From Octopus vulgaris (taxonomy: Eukaryota): a stretch of DNA of 64,000 bases. The stretch covers positions 58,900,001 to 58,964,000 of the forward strand of contig OX597822.1 in assembly GCA_951406725.2 (NCBI GenBank), read 5' to 3'. Below, piece after piece: positions 38,116 to 49,950 of this stretch; the stretch's first letter is position 1, and every line of letters starts with the position of its first letter. The notes under the pieces are model-generated. The model was not told the origin of the DNA. It made no database searches and saw nothing but the letters and a program-made list of their open reading frames with translations. A program made the position numbers and the translations under genes.

Positions 38116-39065
38116 CACATATATACATATATATATATGATGGGTTCTTTCAGTTTCTGCCTGCCAAATCCACTCACAAGGCTATTGGTTGGCCTGAAGC
38201 TATATGGATGGCCTCAGGCAAGGTGCCAAGCAGTAGGACTGAACCTGGAACCCTGTTGTTGGTAAGCAAGCTACTTACCACACAGCCACTCCTGCATCAT
38301 TGAAATCTTAAAACTATGAAACAATACTTGATTTCAAAACAGTATGAATAAATAAGCTTTACATTTGGCAGAATAATTCAAACGCTAAAGGTTAAAATTA
38401 TGGTATGGAATCGTTACATATAAGAAGTTTAGGAATTTTTATTGTGCAGGATCTTAAAATGTGAAATTGGAAGTTGTGAAAGAACCCTCCATCAGTTTTG
38501 ATGACGTGTATAGAAACCATGTGTAAATGAAATGTATGAGCAAAACATGGTCCCTTGATCACACACCTGCAAGGATAATAATGCTGAATAAGAAGTGACG
38601 CACTTGTGAAGTGAATGTATAATGATGATGATGATGATGGTGGTGATGGCAGTGACGTCATCTGTCCGTCCTTCTTTCCTTCCTTCCTTCCTTCTCTCTC
38701 TCTCTCACACACACAGCTCCCTGTCTTTCTACTTGTCTGTCTCTGTCTTTCTGAAATAAATCACTTGTGGTCTCATACTAATACACTAACACACACTAAC
38801 ACATACAAACACATATACACACACACACACATGCAGGTATATCATGAGCTTCTTTTCAGTTTCTGTCTACTAAATTTATTCACAAAGACTTGGGGCTGTA
38901 GCAGAAAACATTTGCCCAAGATGCTGTGCTGTGGGACTGAACCTCAAACCACATGCTTGCAAACTTCTTAATAAGAATAATGACAGTAATATCTGCACCA
39001 CTGATATGGACATATATACATCATTACACATCATTACATACATAGACACATACATACACACATGT

Positions 39066-39103
<38 letters not shown>

Positions 39104-39430
39104 GCAGAGAGCCAGACAGGTAGATAGACTGACACACAGACAGAATATAAAGAGATGTTAACTAATTACAGCTTGTTGCGTAGTTCACCACTCTAAATAT
39201 CTCTGCCATTCCATTACCACCACCACCACCACCACCACCACCATCACCACCACCACCATCACCACTACCACCATGACTAACAACAACAATACGCACATGT
39301 GCACAAACACATACACACGTGCATGTGCACACACACATTCACATACACACACACACACACACATACACGCACACGCATGCACTATATGGTTTTCACGTGA
39401 AAGAAACTCATTCCAATCCACAAGACTTAC

Positions 39431-39544
39431 CTAAGCTGCAGTTATCAATGTTGTAAGGACTTGCCAAATCTCCACAGATTTTCTTCACCCTCTCTGTGCC
39501 CCACCCGGCTGGGTAGAGAATCAGACCGATTATACAGAACAAAC
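39431..39544 (-). CDS. LHFPL2: LHFPL2-like coding exon 2
   Basis: Acceptor ttttcag|, then [38 protein letters not shown], donor G|gtaagt. Carries the family YPAGW motif; 114 nt, phase 1-1. Confidence 0.95.
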
Positions 39545-40464
39545 CTGAAAATAAAAACAGGTTAAACAACCATCAACTGTCTGCAGTTTATATAAGATTC
39601 AATATGTGAGAGAGAGGCAGGGATGATGATGAAAATAAAGGAATAAAAGGAGGGAAATTAAGTGAATTTTTGTGTGTGTGTGCTGGTATTTATGTGTATG
39701 GTTATGTTTATGAGTGTGTGTGTGTGTGGTCATATGTATATATGTGTGGTTGTCTGTGTATGTGTAAATGCATGTTGTTCTATTTAAAGCATTTTAGTGT
39801 GGATATTAGGTGGTTGTGGCATTAAAATCATATAAGAAGTGGTTGGCTGTGTTAAGTGAATTTCTTTGGCTGTGTTGAGTGAAGTGTTTGGCTATGTTGA
39901 GTGGTAAATATAGTGGCCAGCAGTGTTTCAGTGCTGAGTGCCTCTTGATACAATATTGCATTTGTATTAAGACAAGCAAGCTAGCAGAAGCGTTAGCATG
40001 CCGGGTGAAATGCTTAGTAGTATTTCTTCTGTCTGAACGTTCTGAGTTCAAATTCAGCTGCGGTCTACTTTGCCTTTCATCCTTTCAAGGTCAATAAATC
40101 AAGTACCAGCTGTGTACTGGGGTCGATCTAATTGACTGGCCCCCACCCCACAAATTTTGGGCTTTGTGCCTAGAGCAGAAAAGGATATTGCATTTGTATC
40201 ATGGTGTATGTACACACACTACCCCAGCTATCTAATGGCATAATGTGGGGTGTGCAAGATGTGTGGATCATACAGAGTGGCCACTTTATATATGGGTATA
40301 TGCTGTAGTCAAAGTTATGTTATGTTTTAGGAAAGTGACAGTCAATTTAGCTACTATGCAAGGTGGTAAAAACCCATGCTATGTCTCTGTGTCTATCACT
40401 TTTAATTTAGAATTGTTTCAATATTTTTAAATAGTGATGGACTGTCAGGTAAATATCTTATCTG

Positions 40465-40930
40465 ATGCCCTCCATGATCAGTGCTGTTGCTACTAAGACT
40501 AGGCGTTTGTTAGTTGAACATGTACAGAAGCTAAGGTTATGCAAACTTAGGCCTATATTGGAGTACTGTCCATCTGCATGTGAGACAGTTGCACATGCAT
40601 GTACATACACAAACAGAATAGAAAACATCCAAAAGAAAGCTCTTCTACTGATTGCTTATGATTCACTTGGTAACACATCAAAGCCTAAATCACTGACGTA
40701 TGTGTTTTATTCCTTGCTACCTCTCCAACTGCTATAACTTATAGCTTCACCTCTTATTTAGTTAGCTGCATATCCTCTCAACTCTGGCTTTTCTAACCCA
40801 CCTGCCTCTCCTCAGCTTACATCCTCACTATGTCTAACTTCCTCAATCCTGCACAGAACACTTTACCAAGTCCTTCTGCCCCACAACTACAATCCTCAAA
40901 TGAACCTTAAATGCATTAACGTTTTCCATC
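40465..40930 (+). mobile_element. Degenerate CR1/L2-like RT fragment
   Basis: RPILEYC...RIENIQKKA motif. Confidence 0.45.
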
Positions 40931-41329
40931 AATCTGCAATTATGGGTACGGACCATCTTTCTTTTGACTAATTCAAAACAAGTTAATTAGAGATTTTTTG
41001 TAAGGTCATTTAATCCGCAAGAAATAACAGCAACTAACATCCAACCATATTGGGTAATGTTGCCTATACACACTGTGCCTCTTGAGGGATGGTTATGGCT
41101 GGAATATCTATGATCATAGGCTTCATCAGTCATAATTGATAAACAATCATCCTGTTCATCAACCCCGTTATCATAATCATTGTCATTTAAAGTTTATTTT
41201 CCATACTGGCATAGGTTGGACAGTTTGTTATGATCTGAGTCAGTAATTATCTGGAGTTACTGACCTCCTAAACAGGTTATAGAAACATGTCTCGCTTCTT
41301 TTGATTCTTTGAAGTATAACATTTATATA

Positions 41330-42580
41330 ACATTTTTTTACACAGTTCTTTGCATTTTTATTGAAATCTGTTCCATCACATGGTTTGCTTCTCCACATTC
41401 ACATATTATTCGGCTGATCTTGTAGCCCCACCTGACCAAAGAACTTTTGATCATTCCATTCTTGTTCTCAGGTCGTTGAGTGTATTCCTTCCACTGACTC
41501 CATGGTGCTTCTGAGCCAGGAGAGCAGTTTTCAGCAGAGGGGATTCCCATCTCAATTGGAGGAGGATTGTTCTTAGGCTTTTCTATCCAGATGTCAGAGG
41601 CTGGACCCTGGTTGAGAAAACTTCTTAATTTCAGTCATTAGATTGGAGATTGATGTATGGAAGAGATGATGCTTATCACCAATAGCCTTTGTCATCTTGA
41701 CTTAACTGGCCACTTCCCATCTAATATCAGCTGGGTTGTGCCATTGAGGAGGTGCCGGTTGTGTAGTGTTAGTGGGTTTCATGCAACCAGTGATCAGATG
41801 GTAGGTGTTATTCAATGCAGGCTCAAGGTAGACAGCACAGGCACAATGCTTCAGTGGTGTTCTAAACCATTTAATGTTTAAATAGTAGATTGGTTTTCTG
41901 ATTCCTGAAATGAATGAATAGACTTGAGTCTTTACAGGGCTGACATCTTGGTGGTTACATTTGTAATAGTTATAGTAGTTCAACTAGTGCTGAGATGAGG
42001 TTTGTTTACAACTGCTTCAAATGTACTCTCTTGGGATGTTACATAGAGGTTGTCAGGGTAGATACCCTGCTCAGTTTGCTTGCTCATTGGCTGGTCATTA
42101 ATGTAGATGTTATATTGTATTGAGCCCAGTACACTCCCTGGTGGTAATCAATTCTGTTGTCATCACTAATGGTGTTGCTTGTTGTTCATGACAACAAAGA
42201 AGGAGGACCCTTATGAGGTCTGATAGTGTCAAGTCTTTTGCTACTCCAGGAGGAGGTGGTGGTACATAGCACATGTTGCAGATGGATCATCAAATGTGGC
42301 TCCTATTATCAGTCTTTTCCTGAAACTCATCTTCAGTATTCTGAGTGAGATTCAGAAGTTGGCTTGTTGAAGAATGATGGCTGGTTCAAACAGCAGAGAC
42401 AAGCCTGTTAAGAATCAGATACTTAAGTAGTTTGTATGGGTGACATGGTAGAGAGATTGAATGAAAGTTCTTTGCATACACTGGATCTTCATCTGGCTTG
42501 AGAAGGGCATTAACCCTGGTTTGCCTTGAGATCTCAGGGAGGTTTTTTTTCTTGGTATGCACTTGTTCATCATCTTCATG
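41330..42580 (-). mobile_element. Degraded Vingi/Ingi-type non-LTR retrotransposon
   Basis: LNNTYHLITGCMKPTN..., DIRWEVAS and a C-terminal RWG...CECGE...ME zinc knuckle. Degenerate RT motifs (LPPGSVLGS, YPDNL) near 42050-42150. Confidence 0.65.
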
Positions 42581-42772
42581 AACTCAGAATGTAAGGAATC
42601 AGAAGAAATGCTGACACAGAATTTCCTTGACCCCAGTGTTCAACTGGTACATATTTTATCAACCTCAAAAGGATGAAAGGCAAAGTTGTCCTTGCTGGAA
42701 TTTAAACTCAGAACATAAGCATTTTGTTCTGTTTGCTAATGATTTGGCCAGCTTGCCACCTTAATAATAATG

Positions 42773-42834
<62 letters not shown>

Positions 42835-43228
42835 AATAATAATAATTTGATATGAGATCCTCATGTCGCGCACATATGGCTGTGTTGCATGTGCCTGGTG
42901 TACCCTTATCAGACGGGTAGTCATGATGGGTATACTGGGCTTCGTATATATTACCCCAGTGTCACTTTGATTGCATGCACTGCTCTCTCACTCAATAATA
43001 ATAATAACTATATAACAAAATTATAATTAATTTACTGTATACAGTGATCTTCTTCCAGTTTTCATCTACCAAATTCCGTCACGTGGCATTAACCAGCATA
43101 AGTTTATTGTATGAGACACTTACTATGCAGTAGGACGGAAACTGAAATGACTTAGCTGAGAAACAAACTTTCTAACCTCACAGATGTGCTTGCACCTGAC
43201 AGTGATATTTTTGTGTCACGTGTGATTT

Positions 43229-43460
43229 GTAATTGTGAATAATATGCATTTGTGAGTGATTTTGTTTTATGAGTGATATTATTTTGGGAGCAATATGTGT
43301 TTATGAGTTTACATAATTGTGATTGATGTGATTATGAGTGATATGTAATTGTGAATTATATGCATTTGTGAATGATTGTTTTATGAGTGATATCATTTTG
43401 TGAGCAATTTGTGTTTATGAGTTAGATATATTTGTGACTGATGTGATTGTGAATGATATA
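43229..43460 (+). repeat. ~116-bp tandem duplication of a GT/AT-rich minisatellite
   Basis: gtaattgtgaat.atatgcatttgtga recurs at 43229 and 43345. Confidence 0.75.
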
Positions 43461-43960
43461 CACTTGTGAGTAATGTGTATATAAGTGATGTGCACTTGTG
43501 AATGATACATGTGTACAAATAATATCTATGTGGTAATATCTAGGTTGACTCGAACACCTCTGCCTAGATAACAGCTGAAGAGTTAAGATAAGAAAGGTGA
43601 ATAACTCAATAGTGGAATGTAAAATTGGAAATTAAAGAGAGTTAATTTGATGTTTTATATTGCAGAGATTAAATTCCTCTAATATAAGAATGAATGGAAT
43701 GTAGGTTTTGGGAATTAGAAAGGAAGAATTTGCTATTGAAGATGAAATTTTGTAGAAAAATGTGTTATATTTACAAGCTGTCATATATACAGGCAACATC
43801 TGACCACATAATTATAGTCTCAACAGGCATGGTTACATTTTTAAGAAGTTTTCTTTGCAATTACATGGTTCTGTGGGATTCCATTGCACAGAACTTTGCT
43901 CAAGTGCTATGACAAATAGTTAGAGTGGACTGACCGGTACCTACTCTCTGTGTTACAAAT

Positions 43961-44225
43961 GTACCATATATTCTTGACTAGTGGTACTTAACTGTCTTCT
44001 ACTGTGTGATTGGTTTACTATTATAATTAACCACATAGTAGGAAATAGGCAGATACTGGTTAAGTACCACATATATTTGACTGTTGGTAACTATCTGTTT
44101 CCCACTGTGTGATTGGTTTACTATTATAATTAACCGCATAGTATGAAATAAGCAGGTACCCAGTCAAGTAGCATATATACTTAACTGGTGGTATTTATCT
44201 GTCTCCTACCATTATAATTAACTGG
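43961..44225 (+). repeat. ~103-bp tandem repeat (~2.5 copies), each unit internally palindromic
   Basis: Units start at ~43961, 44064 and 44168; ctactgtgtgatt pairs with aaccacatagtag within a unit. Confidence 0.8.
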
Positions 44226-44689
44226 TATCTACTAAAGTCTAACATTGAGTCATTGATGTACCTAAATACATTACTGGTACTGAATTTATCAAACATGAAG
44301 AGATAAATGCTAAGGTCAGTTTTAGCAGAATCCAAGAGAGAAGGAGTTAAGTACCATGAAGAATATAATGCAGTATATCATTTAATATGATACTTCTCTG
44401 TTTTGTCTGGTACATAGGGTACTATTTATACAATTTAGTGCAGTACTGTATCATATAGTGTACTACTGCCCCATTTAGTGTGGGTACTAACCCTTATAGT
44501 ATGGTAGTATACCATTTAGTGTGATAGTGTACTGTACAGTGTGGTACTGTGCTATTTTGGGAAGTACTGTAATGATTTCCCTACTGCAGGAATTTGTGCT
44601 AACAGATGAATTTGAAGACCTTTCCAACCTGTGCTAGTATAGCATAATGATTATCGTTTTGAATGTGTTTTGCTATCTCTCCATCTGAT

Positions 44690-44881
44690 GACTATTGTTG
44701 TGATGAGTGATGGATAGTGATGATAATGATAATGGGTGATGACGATGATGGTGATGATGATCATAGTGGTGGTGATGGTGATGATGTGATGGTAGTGATG
44801 ATGGTAATGGTGATGATGACGGTGATGGTGATGATGATGATGGTAGTGATAGTAGTAGTAGTAGTAGTGGTGGTGGTGGTG

Positions 44882-44915
<34 letters not shown>

Positions 44916-44930
44916 CGATGGTAATGACAT
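44690..44930. repeat. (GAT/GGT/GTA)n trinucleotide low-complexity block. Similar blocks at 52640-52810, 53170-53385, 33630-33850, and (TAA)n at 42762-42847; many (TA)n/(CA)n/(TATG)n/(GATA)n tracts
   Basis: Direct reading of simple repeats. Confidence 0.95.
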
Positions 44931-46360
44931 TGCCAGATGAATTCGGAACATGCAGACTTTTTGAACATGAGTTCTCAGAGGGGGAAAATGGTGAAGAAAT
45001 AGTTGAGGGCGTGAAGATGAATGGATGCAGTGGGATTAAGGGTGGATAGGTGAAGCGGTTTGTAAGCAGGGGAATAAGATAGGAGGGTATAGATCTGCAT
45101 GAATGAGAGATGTTGAAACTTTGGGGGTAGGGGTACAAATGTGAGTGATAGCTTAGAAGGTTTATTTTGGGTTAGGACAGATAGATAAGTACAAAGGCAT
45201 GAGAATGTGTGATACATGGGTGAAAAGGTGAGGGTGTGACAAGAGAAGAAAGTAAAATGGTGAGATGAGGAAAACCAGGGATGGAAAAAAAAATGTAATA
45301 AGTTCAAATGAATTTGGAAAATCTGGAGAAAGATGGTATTTTGATGGCTTTGTGGGTGGGGCTGAAGTGATTGAAGAAGGGTGCAGGTGAGATAGAAGTA
45401 GGAAGGCAGAAAATTGGGAGGGAAAAGTAGCGCCACTTCCACCACCACCACCACTACCACCACCACTAACTGCTGTGGGAGGGAGCATAGAGGAGGAAGA
45501 GATGTGAGTTGGTAAATAGGTGCAAATAGTATGAGATGAGAAAGGCAGGTGTGAAGAGATGTTTGAGATGGAGACAGGAAATGTGTGGTGGAAGGGAGTG
45601 GTGTAAGGTTGAAACAGGGGAAGATAGGATAGAGAAATGGATGGGTGTGGATGATAAAAGACACAAGAAGAGTAAGTGGAGTAGGTAGGTGATGGATGAG
45701 GATAGTAATCCTAGGAATAAGAAATGGAAAAAGCAACATCTCTTCCTCCTATAAGTACAAGCGATGGAGCCACTATGTGGTCACTCACATCTGCTAGAAC
45801 AGGCATTCAATTCTTCTCCTATCACATCTTGCCATCTTAAAAAGAAATGTTGGACAAACTGGATAATGTAGTCCCAGAATCACAAGGTAATGTGAACCTA
45901 GATATATATGTGGAACATCTATGCCCCTCACTATCAAAGGGCGAGTAGTTGCATGTAGAGGCAAGCCGTTTTATTCAATCTTGGGTATACAATCAGTACT
46001 GAAAGTAGGCTCAGTAATGAACTAATTACAGAATGAACAGGGCCATCTGAGCCACTGTGGAACAGCTAACGCATTAGTCCAAATGAGATGAAAATATGCC
46101 ATGAAATAAAAATATTGTCTACCTTATTGTATCGAACAGAGTTATGGATGAATACTGCAAACAGGTAGAAAAACAACAACAAAACGAAGAAAATCTATGA
46201 ATTCACAATGAAATACCTGAAACACATTGTATATATCACCTGGGAAAACAAGGCCAAGAACATCTTTGTTATAAAGAAAGTTAAGCTATTTAATAATGGA
46301 AGGCAAGGTTTATGATATTGGGAGAATATCGTCTCCTTCTGTCATCCTTTTATTCTTTAA

Positions 46361-46580
46361 CCCTTTAGCATTCAAACCGGCCATATCCGGCCTAAATATT
46401 TTACCTCCTTTTTGTTCAAAACCAGTCAGATCCAGCCTCTTACCCTATCCTACAATATTATTCCCAAAGTAAAGAGTCACATCGCAGAAATCTCACAGCT
46501 ATGAGATAATGCATGATTAATTCAATGCAATATGAATAAACAAGCATCACATTTGGGAGAATAATCTGAATACTAAAGGG
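46361..46580. mobile_element. piggyBac-type MITE (second family; related copies at ~11050-11272 and split at ~37425-37530 + ~38296-38395)
   Basis: TTAA target duplication; TIRs CCCTTTAGCATTCA / TGAATACTAAAGGG. Confidence 0.88.
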
Positions 46581-47401
46581 TTAAGTAGTTCTGGCTTCTG
46601 GCAGGCGAAGAGAAAAGACTTCAAGCACAAATGCTATTTACAAGTGGTTTATTCACTGGAAAGGTGAAGTGTGCTGCTCTCAGCTACTATCTTAAGTTCC
46701 GTTAGTGTAGGTGCATTGCTTCTGGAGATAGACAGGCAGAAAACCTCAGCCAGTGCTGCAGAAAGGTGGCGCCAGAAACAAGAGAAATTTGAAGAGGGTT
46801 TTCCCTTTATATAGTTTTCTCCATCACCTGCCTCGTGATCTCGCGCATGGCAAATGGATGCAGGTGAGGTCTCGCCCCAGTCTCAGAGATGGCAATGGCT
46901 GCTGTGAGATCTCATCCAATATGGCACTGACTGCTTGTGCTGCTACAGCTTCTTAGTTTTGAAAAGATATTGAGGCAATGAAATCTCTACATATCCTGTG
47001 AATGGAAGATACTAGACTGTCAAGATAAATACCTTATTCATAGTTATTTGGTGGCATGAGAAATCAAGGTAGACGCCATATGAGATACAAGGATGTGACT
47101 GAGTATAACATGAGGAGACTGGACATTGGTAGCTACAGTGGGGCCACAACAGTTGAAAGAAACTAGTGGAAGAGATCAATGCAGTTCTTATGCACTTGAT
47201 ATGGCTCATGGCATTTGATTTGGACAGTTATTGTTGGACTGCCTTTGGTGAGGATGATGATGAAATATATTATGTCTGAAAATAAAAGGACAAAATGGTT
47301 GTGGATGGAGTAGTCTCGATCTAAACTGAGACCTGGGGGACAAACAACAACAGCAACATCAATAACAATAATAAATAAATAAGATGTAAATAAATACCAA
47401 C

Positions 47402-47840
47402 CAGCAATACTTTGGATGAGGCCAGATAAAGTAAAAATGCTTTTGCTACACAAAGCTCGTGTACAGAGGCTGATGACAGAGGTGGCAGTGGTAAATATCA
47501 TTGCCAATACTCCACACACAAAGAAAAATAAAGCAGCTTTCCATGTATTGGGGAAATTTTCATTGGACATATGGAACTTTGTGACATAGGTGTCACAGCT
47601 GTCTCTGTGGTAGATCCTGTTGTATTTGTGTAGACGATAACAACGGTTGAAGATACCAACAGTTGGGTGAAATGTTTCTTGGTTCTTTCTGATAGTGTAG
47701 TTTTTACCACTCAAGCCAGTGTGTTGTGGTTTGCCTGTTAACCAGTATGGTGAACAGACTGACACAACTAGCATAAGTGTAGTCAGAATGGTTATGAGAG
47801 TCCAAATCAGAGATCGGCATGTTACTATAACTTGGCACAT
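47402..47840 (-). CDS. LHFPL2: LHFPL2-like tetraspan membrane protein (LHFP/TMHS family), first coding exon
   Basis: Translates MCQVIVTCRSLIWTL...FHPTVGIFNRC...KSIFTLSGLIQSIA(G), matching the LHFPL2 N-terminus MCHVIVTCRS. Donor G|gttggt at 47401. Confidence 0.93.
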
Positions 47841-48073
47841 TGTTAATAATTTCTTTCTTCCTTTTTCAATAAGAAGTTTATTTTTAATAATGTTATATCT
47901 TTTTTATTTGATTATATTTTTCTTTTTTAAGACAAAGAAGAATCTTGTTTAATAACAGTAAAATTTTTGTAAGCCTTCAAATGGTCCTTCTACTTGATTT
48001 CTGGAAGCTGTTGTCAAGTAGTCATTCAAATGTGGTGTGTAATGGTAGCAGACCAGCAAGGAAAATGGAAAAA
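47841..48073 (-). other. LHFPL2: Probable 5'UTR part of the LHFPL2 first coding exon
   Basis: Strong minus-strand acceptor ttctctttttcttgcag| ending at 48074 implies an upstream non-coding exon (not located). Confidence 0.55.
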
Positions 48074-48577
48074 CTGCAAGAAAAAGAGAATAAATATTAT
48101 GATTCATTTTTACTTTACTCAAGATTATCACATATACATACACACATATATAAACACATATATGAATACATACCTACATACATAAACACACATATATTGT
48201 TGGGTAGGGTCATTTTGCCAACAAAAACACACATTGGTTATTTCATTATCAATGAATCAGTTGGGTTGTCAAAATTCTTTCATCACTACCGTTTAGCACT
48301 TCATCAATAAGATGCCCTCATCTCCTTTAGGTTTGTCATAACCACAAACTAGTTAGTGATAAACCAACTGATTGATGAAGTGTGTGGTGAAACAATCAAT
48401 TAGCTAATTGCAAAATTAGTGAAGTAGTTGACTAATAATAATAATACTAATAAAAGGAATATATGTTTGTCTTATTAAAAACGAAACCAGTGGGTGTGTT
48501 TTTATTGGCAAGATGACCCATCCCAAGGAATGACATCTGTTTCAACACAATAAGGAATTTTGCAAAACAAATACAAA

Positions 48578-48642
<65 letters not shown>

Positions 48643-49139
48643 GATATTATAAGTGTGTGAGTATACACATATATATACATATACACACACATGGCATAGT
48701 TACAGGTGCAGGTATGGCTGTGTGGTTAAGAAGTTTATTTCTCAACCATGTGGTTTGGGGTTCAGTCTTGCTGTATGGCACTTTGGGCCAATAGATTGTT
48801 CTACTATAGTTCCAGGCAGACCAAGACCTTGTGGATCTGGTAGACAGAAACTACACGAAGCCCATTGTATATGTATGAATACACTCAAACACACACTTAC
48901 ATAAGTGTGTGTGTTTGTGTGTACCCTTGTCCTGACATCACATGATAGTTGTATTCAAGCATCCCCTTCTAGTCTTCCATGAAAAACATGTCTGGCCATG
49001 AAGACAGGTAAAGTTGGTGACAGGAAGGGAATCTGACCACAAAAAATCTAACCTCATCAATGTACATGCAAGCATGGAAAAGTAGATGTTAAAATGATGA
49101 TGATGAGAGGACTGAACGGTATATTAACTTTAATGTGAA

Positions 49140-49340
49140 GTTGAATCAGTCAGTACCCTTTTAACATGTTGAATCAAGCAACACTCCTTTGATGACAAGT
49201 GGAATCAGTTAACACATTTTCCTGATAAATGGAATCAACCAGCATTCCTTGATGACAAGTTGAATCAGCCAGCATCCTTTGATAAAAACAGAATCAGCTA
49301 GCACCTCTTTGATAAGTTGAATCAGTCAACATCCTCTTTT
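49140..49340 (+). repeat. ~29-bp degenerate minisatellite (~7 copies)
   Basis: Recurrent gttgaatcag.cagca.tcc.ttgat.a.aa. Confidence 0.8.
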
Positions 49341-49519
49341 AAATATGCCAAGCGAATTTTAATTTCAGTTTGTTTCTTGTATATTCCCAGTCACCTCTGA
49401 AATGTACTGTAGCTTCCCTTGGAGATGTTACTATCTCAGTTGAGAAGCAATGGTCACAAGGTCTGCTACAATTTTATCTTAAATTAGACCTTACCACGTT
49501 GAAGAAAGGACAGCACACA

Positions 49520-49950
49520 TTCTTTTCTACTCTAGGCACAAGGCTCGAAATTTTTGGGGAGTGGGTAGTCGATTAGATCGACCCCAGTACACAACTAGTA
49601 CTTAAATTATTGACCCTGAAAGAATGAAAGGCAAAACTGACCTCGGCGGAATTTGAACTCAGAATGTAAAGACAGATGAAATACCGGTAAGCATTTCACT
49701 AAGTGTGCTAACGTTTCTTATTTCTTTATTGCCTACAAGGGGCTAAACATAGAGCGGACAAACAAGGACAGACCAAGGGATTAAGTCGATTACATCGACC
49801 CCAGTGCATAACTGATACTTAATTTATTGACCCTGAAAGGATGAAAGGCAAAGTCGATCTCGGCAGAATTTGAACTCAGAACGTAACAGCAGACGAAATA
49901 CTGCTAAGCATTTCGCCCAGCGTGCTAACGTTTCTGTCAGCTCGCCACCT
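49520..49950 (-). mobile_element. tRNA-derived SINE family B, tandem pair. Others at ~1-253, 3917-4128, 6738-6937, 22380-22600, 23565-23975, 27420-27620, 39975-40185, 53830-54030, 63050-63237
   Basis: Head ggcgagctggcagaaacgttag, B box GAGTTCAAATTCC, and central gcctttcatcctttcggggtcgataaa..aagtaccag (resembles the Meta-SINE domain, from memory). Confidence 0.88.

Noticed and set aside
44651-45739. Long ORFs (up to 254 aa) rich in H/T/V/L/P
   Set aside because: Products of trinucleotide repeats and a purine-rich low-complexity strand; no domain.
47163-47401. C-terminal part of the 225-aa ORF
   Set aside because: Intron read-through. LHFPL2 similarity stops at the donor at 47401 and resumes at 39544.
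49140-49340. ~29-bp spaced repeats resembling a CRISPR array
   Set aside because: No unique spacers, units are degenerate along their whole length, context is eukaryotic and there are no cas genes. It is a minisatellite.
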